NCBI GenBank assembly: GCA_007117735.1
Contig: SKGA01000028.1
Coordinates: 1-49,951, forward strand
Reading direction: 5' to 3'
Length of the DNA: 49,951 nucleotides
From: Candidatus Woesearchaeota archaeon
GTDB lineage: Archaea > Nanobdellota > Nanobdellia > Woesearchaeales > SKGA01
This document shows positions 1-10,155 of this stretch, one piece after another. A program made the position numbers and the translations under genes. How positions within the stretch are numbered: position 1 is the stretch's first letter; every line of letters starts with the position of its first letter. The notes beneath the pieces are model-generated. The model was given only the letters and a program-made list of their open reading frames with translations, ran no database searches and had not been told where the DNA came from.

Positions 1-154
1 ACATTGGATGAAAAAACGAGAATTCGCATGGCAAATAATAACTTATAACTTGGAAAAGTTAAGCCAAGCAACTAAAGCTTTGCTTTACTTGCTCAGGAAA
101 ATAATCATTCTGGACAGAGCCGTTAATAGACTAAATATAAACAACGAATAAAAG

Positions 155-168
155 AGTTTATAAATTAT
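155..168 (+). promoter_or_regulatory. TATA-box-like element upstream of the translin-like gene
   Basis: TTTATAAATT lies about 20-30 nt upstream of the ATG at 187. This fits an archaeal TATA box with a short or absent leader. Confidence 0.4.
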
Positions 169-186
169 AAAAAAATATCTGTATCG

Positions 187-768
187 ATGAAAACAATAAA
201 ACAAGAATTTGAAGAAATGGCGCAAGAATACCATGAAAAAGATAGTATTCGAGAACTAGTTATTCAAACATCACGTAACATGTTAAAGCTCGCTAAACAA
301 GCAATTTATGATACTCATAAGCAAAAATACGAAGATGCGAAGACAAAGTTGCAACAAGCTCGTCAAGAATGGGAAAATAGTTTACCAAAAAAACAAGAAC
401 TGAAAGATCAAGAAACAAATGCACTTCAACCTGCAATTGAAGAATACATTGAAGCATTACTTTTTCAAACGTATGTACAAGAACAAAAAATCCTTCTCAA
501 AGAAGAAATAAACGCTCCTGAAGACATCTCTTCGACAATATATTTACAAGCACTTTCTGATTTTACTGGCGAACTTGCTCGAGAAGCTCTTGAGCACGCC
601 ACTGAAAAAGAAACAAATGAGATTAAAAAAATAATTCAAACATGTGAAGATATTCAAGAAGGATTTCTCCTCTTTAATTTTAGAAATAGTGAATTAAGAA
701 GAAAAAATGACGCATTACAAAAAAATATTCAAAAAATAAAACAATTATACTATGAGGTGACTCGATGA
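187..768 (+). CDS. Translin-family protein
   Basis: 193 aa, all-helical. [17 protein letters not shown] and [24 protein letters not shown] resemble the translin/TRAX signatures YLxGLxDxxGEL and LRRKxD. The stop overlaps the next start (ATGA). Confidence 0.65.
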   Translation: MKTIKQEFEEMAQEYHEKDSIRELVIQTSRNMLKLAKQAIYDTHKQKYEDAKTKLQQARQEWENSLPKKQELKDQETNALQPAIEEYIEALLFQTYVQEQKILLKEEINAPEDISSTIYLQALSDFTGELAREALEHATEKETNEIKKIIQTCEDIQEGFLLFNFRNSELRRKNDALQKNIQKIKQLYYEVTR

Positions 769-1466
769 AAAAACAAAAAAAACAAGTTTCAAACAAAACA
801 GCAGGATTTATGATAGGTGGAGCAATTCTTGTTGCAATAATACTCTTTTTTAGCACAATACAAATAATAAACGAAACAAATATAGAAATAAACATAAATA
901 AAGAGTCAAATAATAAAGAAATAAATACTGATGAAAATATTATTTTAAATGGAACAGAATTAAATGGTGAAACAAAAATGGAAAATCAAGTAGAAATTAA
1001 AACAAACAAAGGAACAATTATTGTTCAATTAGATAAAGAAAATGCGCCGATCACGGTAGAAAACTTCCTAAATTATGTTGATAAACAGTTCTATGATGGA
1101 ACTATCTTACACAGAATTATCGAAGGATTTATGATTCAAGGAGGAGGATTTACTCCCGACGCTAGTGAAAAAGAAACCAACGAACCTATTGTTTTAGAAA
1201 GTCAAAACGGTTTAAGAAATGATAGAGGAACAATTGCAATGGCAAGAACCATGGTTCCTGATAGTGCAACAAGTCAATTCTTCATTAACGTTGTAGATAA
1301 TAATTTTCTAAATTACCAACCAGGTAACGAAGGATATGCTGTGTTTGGAAAAGTAATTGAAGGTATGGATGTTGTTGATAAAATTGTACAAGTACAAACA
1401 GGCTCAATTCCTATGCCTGACTGGCCTACAGAACCAGTTATTATTGAGAGTATTCGAAGAAAATGA
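765..1466 (+). CDS. Cyclophilin-type peptidyl-prolyl cis-trans isomerase with an N-terminal membrane anchor
   Basis: N-terminal TM segment [18 protein letters not shown]. The cyclophilin core motifs are present: [54 protein letters not shown]. Confidence 0.9.
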   Translation: MKKQKKQVSNKTAGFMIGGAILVAIILFFSTIQIINETNIEININKESNNKEINTDENIILNGTELNGETKMENQVEIKTNKGTIIVQLDKENAPITVENFLNYVDKQFYDGTILHRIIEGFMIQGGGFTPDASEKETNEPIVLESQNGLRNDRGTIAMARTMVPDSATSQFFINVVDNNFLNYQPGNEGYAVFGKVIEGMDVVDKIVQVQTGSIPMPDWPTEPVIIESIRRK

Positions 1467-3145
1467 TGCGAACACATACGTGTGGAGAATTACGTAAAAG
1501 CGATGTTGGAAAAGAAGTGATGCTTTGTGGCTGGGTTCATAAGATAAGAACTCATGGCGCACTCACCTTTATTGACATTAAAGACCGATACGGCATCACA
1601 CAAGTTACCATTCAAGAAACGCCAAAAACACTTTCAAAAGAAAGTGTTATTCAAATTACTGGAACGGTAAAAGAAAAACCTGAAGAAAATAAAGCGCTAG
1701 AAACAGGAGCGATAGAACTTGAAGGAACTAACTTAAAAATTATTTCAGAAGCAAAACCTCTGCCTCTCGATGAGAATGCTACTGAAGAAACACGACTAAA
1801 GTATCGATATTTAGATATTCGAAATTCGATAATGAATAATCTTCTCTTTCGAAGTAAAGTAACTGCATTTCTTAAACAACATTTCATGAAGGAAGATTTT
1901 GTAGATATTGAAACTCCCCTCCTTATGAAATCAACTCCTGAAGGAGCAAGAGATTATGTTGTACCAAGCAGACTACATAAAGGATCATTTTATGCACTTC
2001 CTCAAAGTCCTCAACTCTACAAACAAATCCTCATGGTTGCAGGCGTAGATAAATACGTACAATTTGCAAAATGTCTTCGAGACGAAGATTTACGAGCAGA
2101 TCGTCAACCGGAACACACGCAAATAGACTTTGAGATGAGTTTTGTTACGCAAAAAGATGTTCAAACCTTTGTTGAAAGAACAATGAAACAATTGTTCAAA
2201 GAACTTCTTGATAAAGATCTTGAAGACTTTGAAGTATTTAGTTATGAAGAATCAATGAAACGATTCGGTACAGATAAACCAGATATTCGTTTTGGTTTAG
2301 AATTACAAGATGTTACTGAATTGGTAAAAGATCTTGATTTTAAAGTATTTTCAAAAGCACAAATGGTTAATTGCATCTATGTTGGAGAAGATTTTTCTCG
2401 AAAAAACATCGATGAATATACTTCTTTTGTAAAAACACATCATGCAAAAGGATTGGCATTTGTAAAAGTTGAAAGCCAAACGTTCCAAAGTGGAGTTGCA
2501 AAGTTCATTCCGCAAGAAACTGCAAAAAAGATTTTAGAACAATTACAAGTGCAAGGAGATGGAACAATCTTCTTTGTTGCAGATACAAAAAAAATATCCC
2601 AAAGCGCTCTAGGTCATTTGAGAAATAAGCTTGCAAAAGATCTTGATATTATTGATACTAATGAATTCAAATTTTGTTGGGTAAATGATTTTCCGCTCTT
2701 CGAATATGATGAAGAATTAAATCAATGGAAACCTGAACATCACATGTTTTCTATGCCAAAAGAAGAATTTGTCGATACGTTTGAAAAAGAACCTCAACAG
2801 GTTAAAGGGGATCTTTGGGATCTTGTCTTAAACGGTTGGGAAATGGGATCTGGTTCTATTCGAATTAGCGATCCTCACTTACAAGAACGTATTATGAACT
2901 TTGTTGGTTTTGATAAAGAACAAGCAAAAGAACAATTCGGATTCTTACTTGAAGCATATAACTATGGAGGACCTGTTCATGGTGGTATGGGTATCGGCTT
3001 AGATAGGTTAGTTGCTCTCATATTAGGTTTTGAAGATATTCGGCAAGTTATCGCATTTCCAAAAAATAAATCAGCACAATCACCGCTTGATAATTCTCCA
3101 TCTCCTATTAATGAGGAGCAGAAAAAAGAGCTTGGTTTACGCTAA
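1463..3145 (+). CDS. aspS: Aspartyl-tRNA synthetase, bacterial type (long form with insertion domain)
   Basis: 560 aa and collinear with bacterial AspRS. Matching segments: [126 protein letters not shown]. Confidence 0.95.
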   Translation: MMRTHTCGELRKSDVGKEVMLCGWVHKIRTHGALTFIDIKDRYGITQVTIQETPKTLSKESVIQITGTVKEKPEENKALETGAIELEGTNLKIISEAKPLPLDENATEETRLKYRYLDIRNSIMNNLLFRSKVTAFLKQHFMKEDFVDIETPLLMKSTPEGARDYVVPSRLHKGSFYALPQSPQLYKQILMVAGVDKYVQFAKCLRDEDLRADRQPEHTQIDFEMSFVTQKDVQTFVERTMKQLFKELLDKDLEDFEVFSYEESMKRFGTDKPDIRFGLELQDVTELVKDLDFKVFSKAQMVNCIYVGEDFSRKNIDEYTSFVKTHHAKGLAFVKVESQTFQSGVAKFIPQETAKKILEQLQVQGDGTIFFVADTKKISQSALGHLRNKLAKDLDIIDTNEFKFCWVNDFPLFEYDEELNQWKPEHHMFSMPKEEFVDTFEKEPQQVKGDLWDLVLNGWEMGSGSIRISDPHLQERIMNFVGFDKEQAKEQFGFLLEAYNYGGPVHGGMGIGLDRLVALILGFEDIRQVIAFPKNKSAQSPLDNSPSPINEEQKKELGLR

Positions 3146-3176
3146 ATTTATATAGCAAGAAAACGGAAAACAAATC

Positions 3177-5150
3177 ATGTCTAAAAAAATTCCTTTACGT
3201 ACAGTCTATTATCAATGGGAATCGCTACTCTATCGTAAACCGGAATTATTAGAACCTAAACAATTTTCTTCGGGAAAGTTTTCTCCAAGAATAGAAGAGC
3301 GAGATGCTAAAGGAAAAGCAATCAAAATTACGCTTCGTTGTTATGCTCCTAGTCAACAAGAAGATCTCTATCTTGTTGGTGAATGGAATAATTGGGGAGA
3401 AAAACTATCTGTAGCTGATAAGTTTCAAGAAGAGTATAATGGTTGGTGGTCGATAACGACAACAAATATACGGCATAAAACAGAATATTTATTTTTTCAA
3501 AAAAAAGAAAAAAAATATTTGCGAAATCCTGCAAGCCCACTTTTTTCAGAAGATGGAAACAGTATTTTTTGGGATTTTGAAGATCCTTCAACATACAAAC
3601 AAAAATATGCTGCTCCAAACACACTACATCGTCCAACAATTACTTTACAAACAGATCTTCCAGGTCTTGTAAGTCATTGGCATAAAATAAAAAAAGACAT
3701 CCACCCTTTTGATAAAACAAAAGAAGATTTGTTCACCTATATTACTCGATGCGGTGTTCTTGATTATGTGAAAGAGCTAGGTTTTAACACCCTTCAGTTT
3801 CTACCACTTCATCAGTCTATCGATGGAGATAATTGGAAATTTAGATATTTAGTAGTCTATCCTTTTGCATTGCAGAAAAACTGGGGAACTCCCGACACAT
3901 TTAGCAAACTTATTGATGAGTGTCATAAAAGAGATATCGCAATTATGTGCGATTTAGTAATTAGTCATTGTCCGCATAAAGATTTTTCTCTTTTTGCTCG
4001 AAAAGGTGAAGAAGTCGGTCTAGGTGCCTGGGAAGAAAAAGATGGGAAAAAAGTTTTTCTCAAAGAGTATACTCCTTGGGGAACGATGCGTTTTGATTAT
4101 GACAATCCGCATATACGAGAATATCTTATTGAAAGCGCACTCCTTTTTCTGGAAGAATATAAAATTGACGGCTATCGTATTGATAACATCGACGGTATAT
4201 TAAGATACGGGGATCATGGTCAAGGTGATGATCGACCAAACGGAAGAAGATTTCTTCGAGAATTACACAGCGCAATTTACGAATACAAACCAATGGCACT
4301 TATTCATTTAGAATCTCACTATTTCTTTGGAGATAATGCAAAAATGTTAGTAGCTCCACTTACAAGCGATCCTCGAGCGTTAGGAGCAACAGCATATAAT
4401 AGTTCTCGGTTAACATATTATTTTCATAAAGAATTCATGCCAAAAACGGTTGAAGAAATAAGTATTTGGAAATTTGAACATATTCGTGAAGAAAAAGAAT
4501 GGGGCAAATCAAATAGCACTATTGCAGATTTTCATAACCACGATGCCGCTGCAGGATTAATGGAAGGACGAGCGACTGGTTCATATGCATATGATTGTTT
4601 AATTTTAAACAAGCCAGAATTACACCAACACGCTGTTGGGAAAATAAAAGCAATGGAAGCAATTATTGCGTTTGGTTGCGAAGGTAGAATTCTTGATTTA
4701 GCACAAACATTTTTACTACAACTAGGAACATTTGAACACGATAGCAGTATTCACTGGAATCTTCTCTCTCAAGAAGAAAGTAAAAATACGCTTATGTATA
4801 AACAAGCCGTGAATCACTTACTACAAACTAATCCTGCTTTTTGGCCTGAAAATACATTATACCGTCAATACGTAAATATTGATGAGGTAACAAAAGTATT
4901 AATTATCAAACGAATTGATAAAACACAAGGTACAAACGATGAATTCTGGTGCGTTATTAATACATCTAATAAATATGTTTCAGAATATGCTATCGGGATT
5001 CCAAAACCATTTAAAGGAAAAATAGTGCTTTCTACCGAAGGAAAAAATCAAACGCTTCATGCTCAAAAAAGTTCAAGATTTGAAATGTATCCTTTCGAAT
5101 GGATTTCTGATCTTCGACCATATGAAGTGGTCGTTATTAAAAAACAATAA
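3177..5150 (+). CDS. GH13-family alpha-glucan enzyme, 1,4-alpha-glucan branching-enzyme-like, with an N-terminal CBM48-like module
   Basis: LYLVGEWNNWGE is CBM48-like. GH13 conserved regions: DIAIMCDLVISH (region I), DGYRIDNIDGI (region II), LESHYF (catalytic Glu region), DFHNHDAAA (region IV). Confidence 0.7.
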   Translation: MSKKIPLRTVYYQWESLLYRKPELLEPKQFSSGKFSPRIEERDAKGKAIKITLRCYAPSQQEDLYLVGEWNNWGEKLSVADKFQEEYNGWWSITTTNIRHKTEYLFFQKKEKKYLRNPASPLFSEDGNSIFWDFEDPSTYKQKYAAPNTLHRPTITLQTDLPGLVSHWHKIKKDIHPFDKTKEDLFTYITRCGVLDYVKELGFNTLQFLPLHQSIDGDNWKFRYLVVYPFALQKNWGTPDTFSKLIDECHKRDIAIMCDLVISHCPHKDFSLFARKGEEVGLGAWEEKDGKKVFLKEYTPWGTMRFDYDNPHIREYLIESALLFLEEYKIDGYRIDNIDGILRYGDHGQGDDRPNGRRFLRELHSAIYEYKPMALIHLESHYFFGDNAKMLVAPLTSDPRALGATAYNSSRLTYYFHKEFMPKTVEEISIWKFEHIREEKEWGKSNSTIADFHNHDAAAGLMEGRATGSYAYDCLILNKPELHQHAVGKIKAMEAIIAFGCEGRILDLAQTFLLQLGTFEHDSSIHWNLLSQEESKNTLMYKQAVNHLLQTNPAFWPENTLYRQYVNIDEVTKVLIIKRIDKTQGTNDEFWCVINTSNKYVSEYAIGIPKPFKGKIVLSTEGKNQTLHAQKSSRFEMYPFEWISDLRPYEVVVIKKQ

Positions 5151-5151
5151 A

Positions 5152-5625
5152 ATGTCTTCGTTTCAAAAAATTGTTGAACTTTTGTCCAAAGAACATATTA
5201 CTCATCGAGTTGTTGTCCATGAAACTATTCCTCGAGATAGTTTTGAAGCATCAAAGATTAGAAAAAGCGATGTCACGAAAGGTGCAAAAGCATTAATTTT
5301 AGAAAATGATCAAAAAGAGCTTCTTCAAGTTGTTGTTCCCGCTCATCAAAAAGTAAACATCAAAGAACTTCAAAGAATCGCTGGAAAAAAACGAATAAAG
5401 CTCGCCTCACCTGAAAAAGTGTTTGAAAGAACGAATTGTGTAGTTGGTAGCGTCCCACCATTAGGTATTTTATGGTCCCTTCCTGTTTTTATTGATACGT
5501 CATTTACAGAAGAGAAAGAAATTGTTTTCTCAGCAGGAACCCTAACAGATTCTATTTATCTTCAAGCTAAAAACTTAATCACGCTTAATAATGCGACAGT
5601 CGGTTCATTCGCTAAAGATCATTAA
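5152..5625 (+). CDS. YbaK/ProX-type aminoacyl-tRNA trans-editing (deacylase) domain protein
   Basis: GAKALIL, VVVPAHQKVNIKELQ, VGSVPPLG and IVFSAGT fit the YbaK/EbsC fold. I place the start at ATG 5152 (MSSFQKIV...) rather than 5059, because 5059 would overlap the GH13 gene by 92 nt. Confidence 0.65.
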   Translation: MSSFQKIVELLSKEHITHRVVVHETIPRDSFEASKIRKSDVTKGAKALILENDQKELLQVVVPAHQKVNIKELQRIAGKKRIKLASPEKVFERTNCVVGSVPPLGILWSLPVFIDTSFTEEKEIVFSAGTLTDSIYLQAKNLITLNNATVGSFAKDH

Positions 5626-5649
5626 AAAAAATCAAACTTCTAACATTAA

Positions 5650-6270
5650 TTAATTTCCAATACCTTTGAAAGGAACAAAATCACGAGGCCTTGTTTGAGG
5701 CGTGACTCCGGCAAATGACTGAATGAAAGAATACAAATCTCTTGAAAAAGCCATACCTTCGTCTTCAAATGCTTCAATAGCTTGTTGTCGTTCTTTTTTC
5801 CAGTTAGAATTGAAAGAAAATAATTTCATAATCCAATCATATTTTTCTGGTGAAGCTTCATTATTCTCATAATCAAGATAAAGATAAAAATTTGTTTTAA
5901 ACTCTCCACTATCTAATTTTACTTTATTACCTTCGACAATTTGTTCTACTTTTTTAAGAAAAAGTGTAGAAATATTAATTGCGATATAAAACTTTAAATT
6001 CTTTCGAGGACTGATGGTTGCAAGACGAGATGCTCTCCACCAAATTTTATGCTCTTTAGTGCCATCCTCTTTCTCTTTTTCATAATAATACGTTTCAAAA
6101 TTTTCCTTACCTTCATACAAATCAGTAAACCCTTCATCTACTAAAAAATCTATTAAACGAATATAAAAATTTTTCAAATGTAAGCTATCTTCAATTACTA
6201 ATTCCCAAGAATCATAAGGCCCTTTTTCAAGAACTGCATCAGGTATAGGATCATTCATAACGTTATTCAA
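5650..6270 (-). CDS. Hypothetical cytoplasmic protein
   Basis: Clean 206-aa ORF with composition typical of the housekeeping half. I recognise no family. Confidence 0.45.
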   Translation of the reverse strand: MNNVMNDPIPDAVLEKGPYDSWELVIEDSLHLKNFYIRLIDFLVDEGFTDLYEGKENFETYYYEKEKEDGTKEHKIWWRASRLATISPRKNLKFYIAINISTLFLKKVEQIVEGNKVKLDSGEFKTNFYLYLDYENNEASPEKYDWIMKLFSFNSNWKKERQQAIEAFEDEGMAFSRDLYSFIQSFAGVTPQTRPRDFVPFKGIGN

Positions 6271-6274
6271 ACGC

Positions 6275-7672
6275 TTATCGTTTATATTTTTTCCTATCTG
6301 AGAGCAAAACTAAAATAAAATAAATAGGTAAGACTCCAAAAATAAGAATACCTAATACAAGCTGTAAAAAGAAATCAAAACCATGTATAAACGTCAAATA
6401 AGCCCCTAACGGAACGAAAATAATAGTTGGGAGAAGTAACAAAAAGTCGACCGTCTTAAAAAATAACTTTCTTTGTTCAAAAGGAAGAATTTTTTTAATA
6501 AGAATAGATTGAGCCATACTAAGTGTTGATAGACCTGAAAGATAAAAAATAACTCCTAACCATAACGTGTGAAAATGTGGATTAAAATGAAGGATAAAGG
6601 GCAAAAATGCCATCAAAAGAGTTCCTAGAACAAAAAGAGGACGAATATCTAAATGTTTTTTTAATGAAAGAAGATATCTTTGTAGTAAAAAAGAGACAAA
6701 AATTGCCGAAGTAAAAAATAAAGCGATCCAAGTAAATTGAAAAGAAGTTAAATGAGTAAATATCAAATAACCATAATATGCACTACCAAGTATTTCTATT
6801 ACTACAAGAAGAATGGATCCTAAAAATAAGAAGAAAAGGTAAGAATGGGTAAAAAAATACTTTGTTTGATACCAAAAAGAGAAAAATTGTTTTTTTATTG
6901 AATGGAAATATGTTGAAGAAAAAGAATTTTTTCTTTGTAAAGGTAAATATTGGATAAAAAATCCTGAAATAAAGAAAAAAAGTGCAGCTACTTCAAAAGA
7001 AATAAAATAACCCGATAAGGGAAAAACAAAACCAAAAAGAGTTATTGAAGAATGAAAGCCAAAAAAATCAAAAAGTAAACCTGAAAGAATGAATGCAAAG
7101 CCAGTAATAAAAAGACCGTAGGAAAGAATTTTATCAAGGAAAAAATTCTTTCTTTCTTGACGAATATGACGCTGTACTAAAGGACCATATAATTCTCCAT
7201 ACGTGACAATACCTACACTCCCAGTAAGAAGGAATAAACTAAAAAGTAAAGTATCTTGAAATCTTGTTGCCAGAATAAGACCTATTAAGCTAAATGCGAA
7301 AATCATTCCTGCTAAAGAAATATTTTTTGAATGTATTGATTTTACTTTCACATAAAATTGCATAAAAAAAGAAATAAGTGAAGAAAGTACATGCTTAAAT
7401 GCAAAAATAATACCCACGAGGAAGGGCGTAGCTCCGATAAGAAAGAAAAGTATGGAAATAAATTGTTGAGGAGCAAAACCATAACCTAATCTATCAAAAA
7501 GTTCTTTAAAAGAGAATATTCGATGTAGGTAACGAGTACGTTTACTTCGAGAAGGAGCACGTCTATGTTGATGTAAAATGGCAGAATCTCTCGATTCAGA
7601 AGAGTCATCTAATTCTCTGGCAAAAGAGGAAAGCTTTGAAAAAGCAGAGAAATGAGAATATTTTTTGGACAT
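6275..7672 (-). CDS. Polytopic integral membrane protein (possible MFS-like transporter)
   Basis: 465 aa. A roughly 75-aa basic N-terminal tail is followed by about 10-12 hydrophobic segments. The family assignment is uncertain. Confidence 0.55.
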   Translation of the reverse strand: MSKKYSHFSAFSKLSSFARELDDSSESRDSAILHQHRRAPSRSKRTRYLHRIFSFKELFDRLGYGFAPQQFISILFFLIGATPFLVGIIFAFKHVLSSLISFFMQFYVKVKSIHSKNISLAGMIFAFSLIGLILATRFQDTLLFSLFLLTGSVGIVTYGELYGPLVQRHIRQERKNFFLDKILSYGLFITGFAFILSGLLFDFFGFHSSITLFGFVFPLSGYFISFEVAALFFFISGFFIQYLPLQRKNSFSSTYFHSIKKQFFSFWYQTKYFFTHSYLFFLFLGSILLVVIEILGSAYYGYLIFTHLTSFQFTWIALFFTSAIFVSFLLQRYLLSLKKHLDIRPLFVLGTLLMAFLPFILHFNPHFHTLWLGVIFYLSGLSTLSMAQSILIKKILPFEQRKLFFKTVDFLLLLPTIIFVPLGAYLTFIHGFDFFLQLVLGILIFGVLPIYFILVLLSDRKKYKR

Positions 7673-7727
7673 GCAGTCATTTTTTAAGAAAGATAATATT
7701 TAAAACTTCCCCCTGTATAAATAAGAT

Positions 7728-7739
7728 AAATTTATAAAA
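7728..7739 (+). promoter_or_regulatory. TATA-box-like element for the beta-propeller gene
   Basis: AAATTTATAAAA lies 23-34 nt upstream of the ATG at 7762. A second AT-rich TATA-like element (about 7697-7708, minus sense) could serve the divergent membrane-protein gene. Confidence 0.4.
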
Positions 7740-7761
7740 TTAAAAGCTTAAAAAAATAGTG

Positions 7762-8901
7762 ATGAAAGGGGTTGTAAAAGAACGGTGGAATAGTTTTCTT
7801 GGCGAGGAGTGTCCATTTCCATCAAAAACATTTCGAAAAATAAATTCTTATGAAGTGCAAACAGTTATTTGTACTGAGAAAAAAATATTTCTTCTTGATA
7901 ATCACGGCACTATCCTTCAAGAAAAATCTCTCAAAACAATTCTTAAAAAACAAGATAACATAACAACACCGCCTACAATAATAAAACAAAAAGAGACTAT
8001 CTCTTGTGTTTTTGGAACTAAAAAAGGACATATTGTTTCATTTAATCTTGAAACAGGAGAACAAGAATGGAATAATATGGTCGAACGCTCAATTCAAGGA
8101 ACCATCGAATATGATCCTAAAGATCAAGAACTCTTAGCGACAACAGAAAAAACAATCCATAGATTGACTCTTCAAGGCAAGATAAAAAAAACTGTCGAGC
8201 TTGAAGAAATAAATACTGCTAACGCAATTTTCTTTGATAATAAAATACTACTTTCAACCGATCAAGGAGCCTGTTTGCTGACAAAAAAAGGAGAAATATA
8301 CTGGAAATACCCAACGAAAAATAAGATAAGTGTACGTCCTCTAGTTATTAAAGAAAGAAAACCACATCTTCTTATCTGTTCCGATGAGGGAACCATACAT
8401 TATCTTGATCATAATGGGGAAAAGCAATGGGATTTTTCATTAGAAGGACCAACCCTTCATAAACCTTTATTATACATGAGTCTGGAGCAAGAAGAAAGGA
8501 TTCTTTGTACTTCAACGACAAACAAGCTTCACGCGATTGATAAAGAAACAGGAAGTGAATGTTGGAGTTTAATGACTGATTTCTGGATTAACACCCAACC
8601 AATTGTTGAGAAAAGAGACGAGATTTCCATCGCGATTGTTGGAACAGTCGATGGGAAGATATACTGTATAGATATTGATGAAAAATTAGAAACGACATTT
8701 TTTCCCGGACTACAAAACGTTCTTGATCAAGGAATAACATATAATTCTAGTTTAAGTAAAGATATTAGTAAAGAAAAGGCAGAAATAATATTTACTAAAG
8801 AAGTGGGTTCTCAAATTATCAATATTGAACATCTTAGCCATCAAAATAGTATTCTTTGCTTGACAAGAACAGGGCAAGTAATTAATTTCAAAATTAATTA
8901 A
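7762..8901 (+). CDS. PQQ-like beta-propeller repeat protein
   Basis: Repeated G-x-[IV]-x-x-[IFL]-[DN]-x-x-[TN]-G-E-x-x-W strands: VSFNLETGEQEWN, IHYLDHNGEKQWDF, HAIDKETGSECWS, GKIYCIDID. The track start at 7759 is GTG; the ATG at 7762 is more likely. Confidence 0.6.
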   Translation: MKGVVKERWNSFLGEECPFPSKTFRKINSYEVQTVICTEKKIFLLDNHGTILQEKSLKTILKKQDNITTPPTIIKQKETISCVFGTKKGHIVSFNLETGEQEWNNMVERSIQGTIEYDPKDQELLATTEKTIHRLTLQGKIKKTVELEEINTANAIFFDNKILLSTDQGACLLTKKGEIYWKYPTKNKISVRPLVIKERKPHLLICSDEGTIHYLDHNGEKQWDFSLEGPTLHKPLLYMSLEQEERILCTSTTNKLHAIDKETGSECWSLMTDFWINTQPIVEKRDEISIAIVGTVDGKIYCIDIDEKLETTFFPGLQNVLDQGITYNSSLSKDISKEKAEIIFTKEVGSQIINIEHLSHQNSILCLTRTGQVINFKIN

Positions 8902-8943
8902 ATAAATAAATACTATTAAATAAGTAAAGATATTTCTACGAGC

Positions 8944-10146
8944 ATGAGATTTATTCACCTTGCAGATTGTCATTTAGATGGTTTTCGTGAAGAAAAACTT
9001 GCTCTTTTAGGCGAAAAAAACTTCTCATACGTCATAGAACAAGCAATACAAAGAAAAGTTGATTTTGTTATTATTGCAGGAGATTTATTCAATACGGCAA
9101 TTCCTCGTATGAATGCTCTTAAGTTTGCTACAACAGAATTAAAAAAATTACAAGACGCAGACATTCCGGTGTATGCGATTGCAGGGAGTCATGATTATTC
9201 TCCACAAGGAAAAACAATTCTTGAAGTATTAGAATCAGCAGGTCTTCTTACTCTGGTGATGAAAGGTGAACAAACAGAATCAGGTTCGTTTAAAGTAAAA
9301 CCTATTCGAGATAAAAAAACAAACACGTTATTCACAGGTATTGATGGGAGAAAAGGTATGCTTGATAAGGGAACGTATCATCATTTGGACGTTTCAGAAT
9401 TCCATAGTGCAACAAAAAAGATTTTTCTCTTTCACACCACTATTGAAGAATTAAAAACTCCTTCCTTACAACACATTCCTGGTGAGAGTATTCTATTATT
9501 ACCTCAAGGATTTGATTACTATGCGGGCGGACACGTTCACATCACACAGCGATACAGTGATGATCAATACAAAAATGTAGTTTATCCTGGACCAACATTC
9601 CCTAATAGTTTTAGCGAACTTGAAGAGTTAGAACAAGGTTCATTTGTCTATGTTGAAGACGAAACTATCACTCATGAAAAAATTCCTGGAAAACCTGTTC
9701 TGGCAATTCATAGCATAGTCGAAAATAAGACTCCTTTAGAAATTCAAGAAGAGATTATTGAAAAAATTAAAGATTGTGATAATCATATCGTATTACTTCG
9801 TATTCAAGGTACAATAAAAGAAGGTTCTATTCAAGATATTTCTTTTCAAGATATTTTCTCTCATGCGTATCAACAAGGAGCTTTTGTCGTACTAAAAAAC
9901 ACTTCAAAATTACAAAGTGCTCAACTTGAAAGTGTCGAGGATCTTCCTGAAGAACATGGAGATATTGAGCAACAACTTATCAAGGAACAACTCAACACCG
10001 TTCCTTTAGAAGGAAAAGATCAAGAAAAATTAATCAAAGAAATTTTCTTACAATTAGATACGACGCAACAAGATGGAGAGACAAAATCAACATTCCAACA
10101 AAGAATTTTGGAAAAAAGTCGATCTATTTTTGAAGAAAAGAAATAA
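8944..10146 (+). CDS. mre11: Mre11/SbcD-type DNA double-strand-break repair nuclease
   Basis: Calcineurin-like phosphoesterase motifs appear in order: IHLADCHLD, IIAGDLFN, AIAGSHD, GGHVH. Confidence 0.85.
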   Translation: MRFIHLADCHLDGFREEKLALLGEKNFSYVIEQAIQRKVDFVIIAGDLFNTAIPRMNALKFATTELKKLQDADIPVYAIAGSHDYSPQGKTILEVLESAGLLTLVMKGEQTESGSFKVKPIRDKKTNTLFTGIDGRKGMLDKGTYHHLDVSEFHSATKKIFLFHTTIEELKTPSLQHIPGESILLLPQGFDYYAGGHVHITQRYSDDQYKNVVYPGPTFPNSFSELEELEQGSFVYVEDETITHEKIPGKPVLAIHSIVENKTPLEIQEEIIEKIKDCDNHIVLLRIQGTIKEGSIQDISFQDIFSHAYQQGAFVVLKNTSKLQSAQLESVEDLPEEHGDIEQQLIKEQLNTVPLEGKDQEKLIKEIFLQLDTTQQDGETKSTFQQRILEKSRSIFEEKK

Positions 10147-10155
10147 AAAAAATTC

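Noticed and set aside
1-48. Possible 3' end of a plus-strand CDS at the window start (…TLDEKTRIRMANNNL*)
   Set aside because: Only 15 codons are visible, so neither coding status nor product can be supported.
5059-5151. Upstream extension of the YbaK-like ORF
   Set aside because: It would overlap the 3' end of the GH13 gene by 92 nt. The ATG at 5152, immediately after the GH13 stop, gives a normal YbaK-length protein.
8944-10146. Orphan Mre11 without an adjacent Rad50 as a notable anomaly
   Set aside because: Rad50 may simply be encoded elsewhere in the genome. One window cannot establish its absence, so I do not raise this as a finding.
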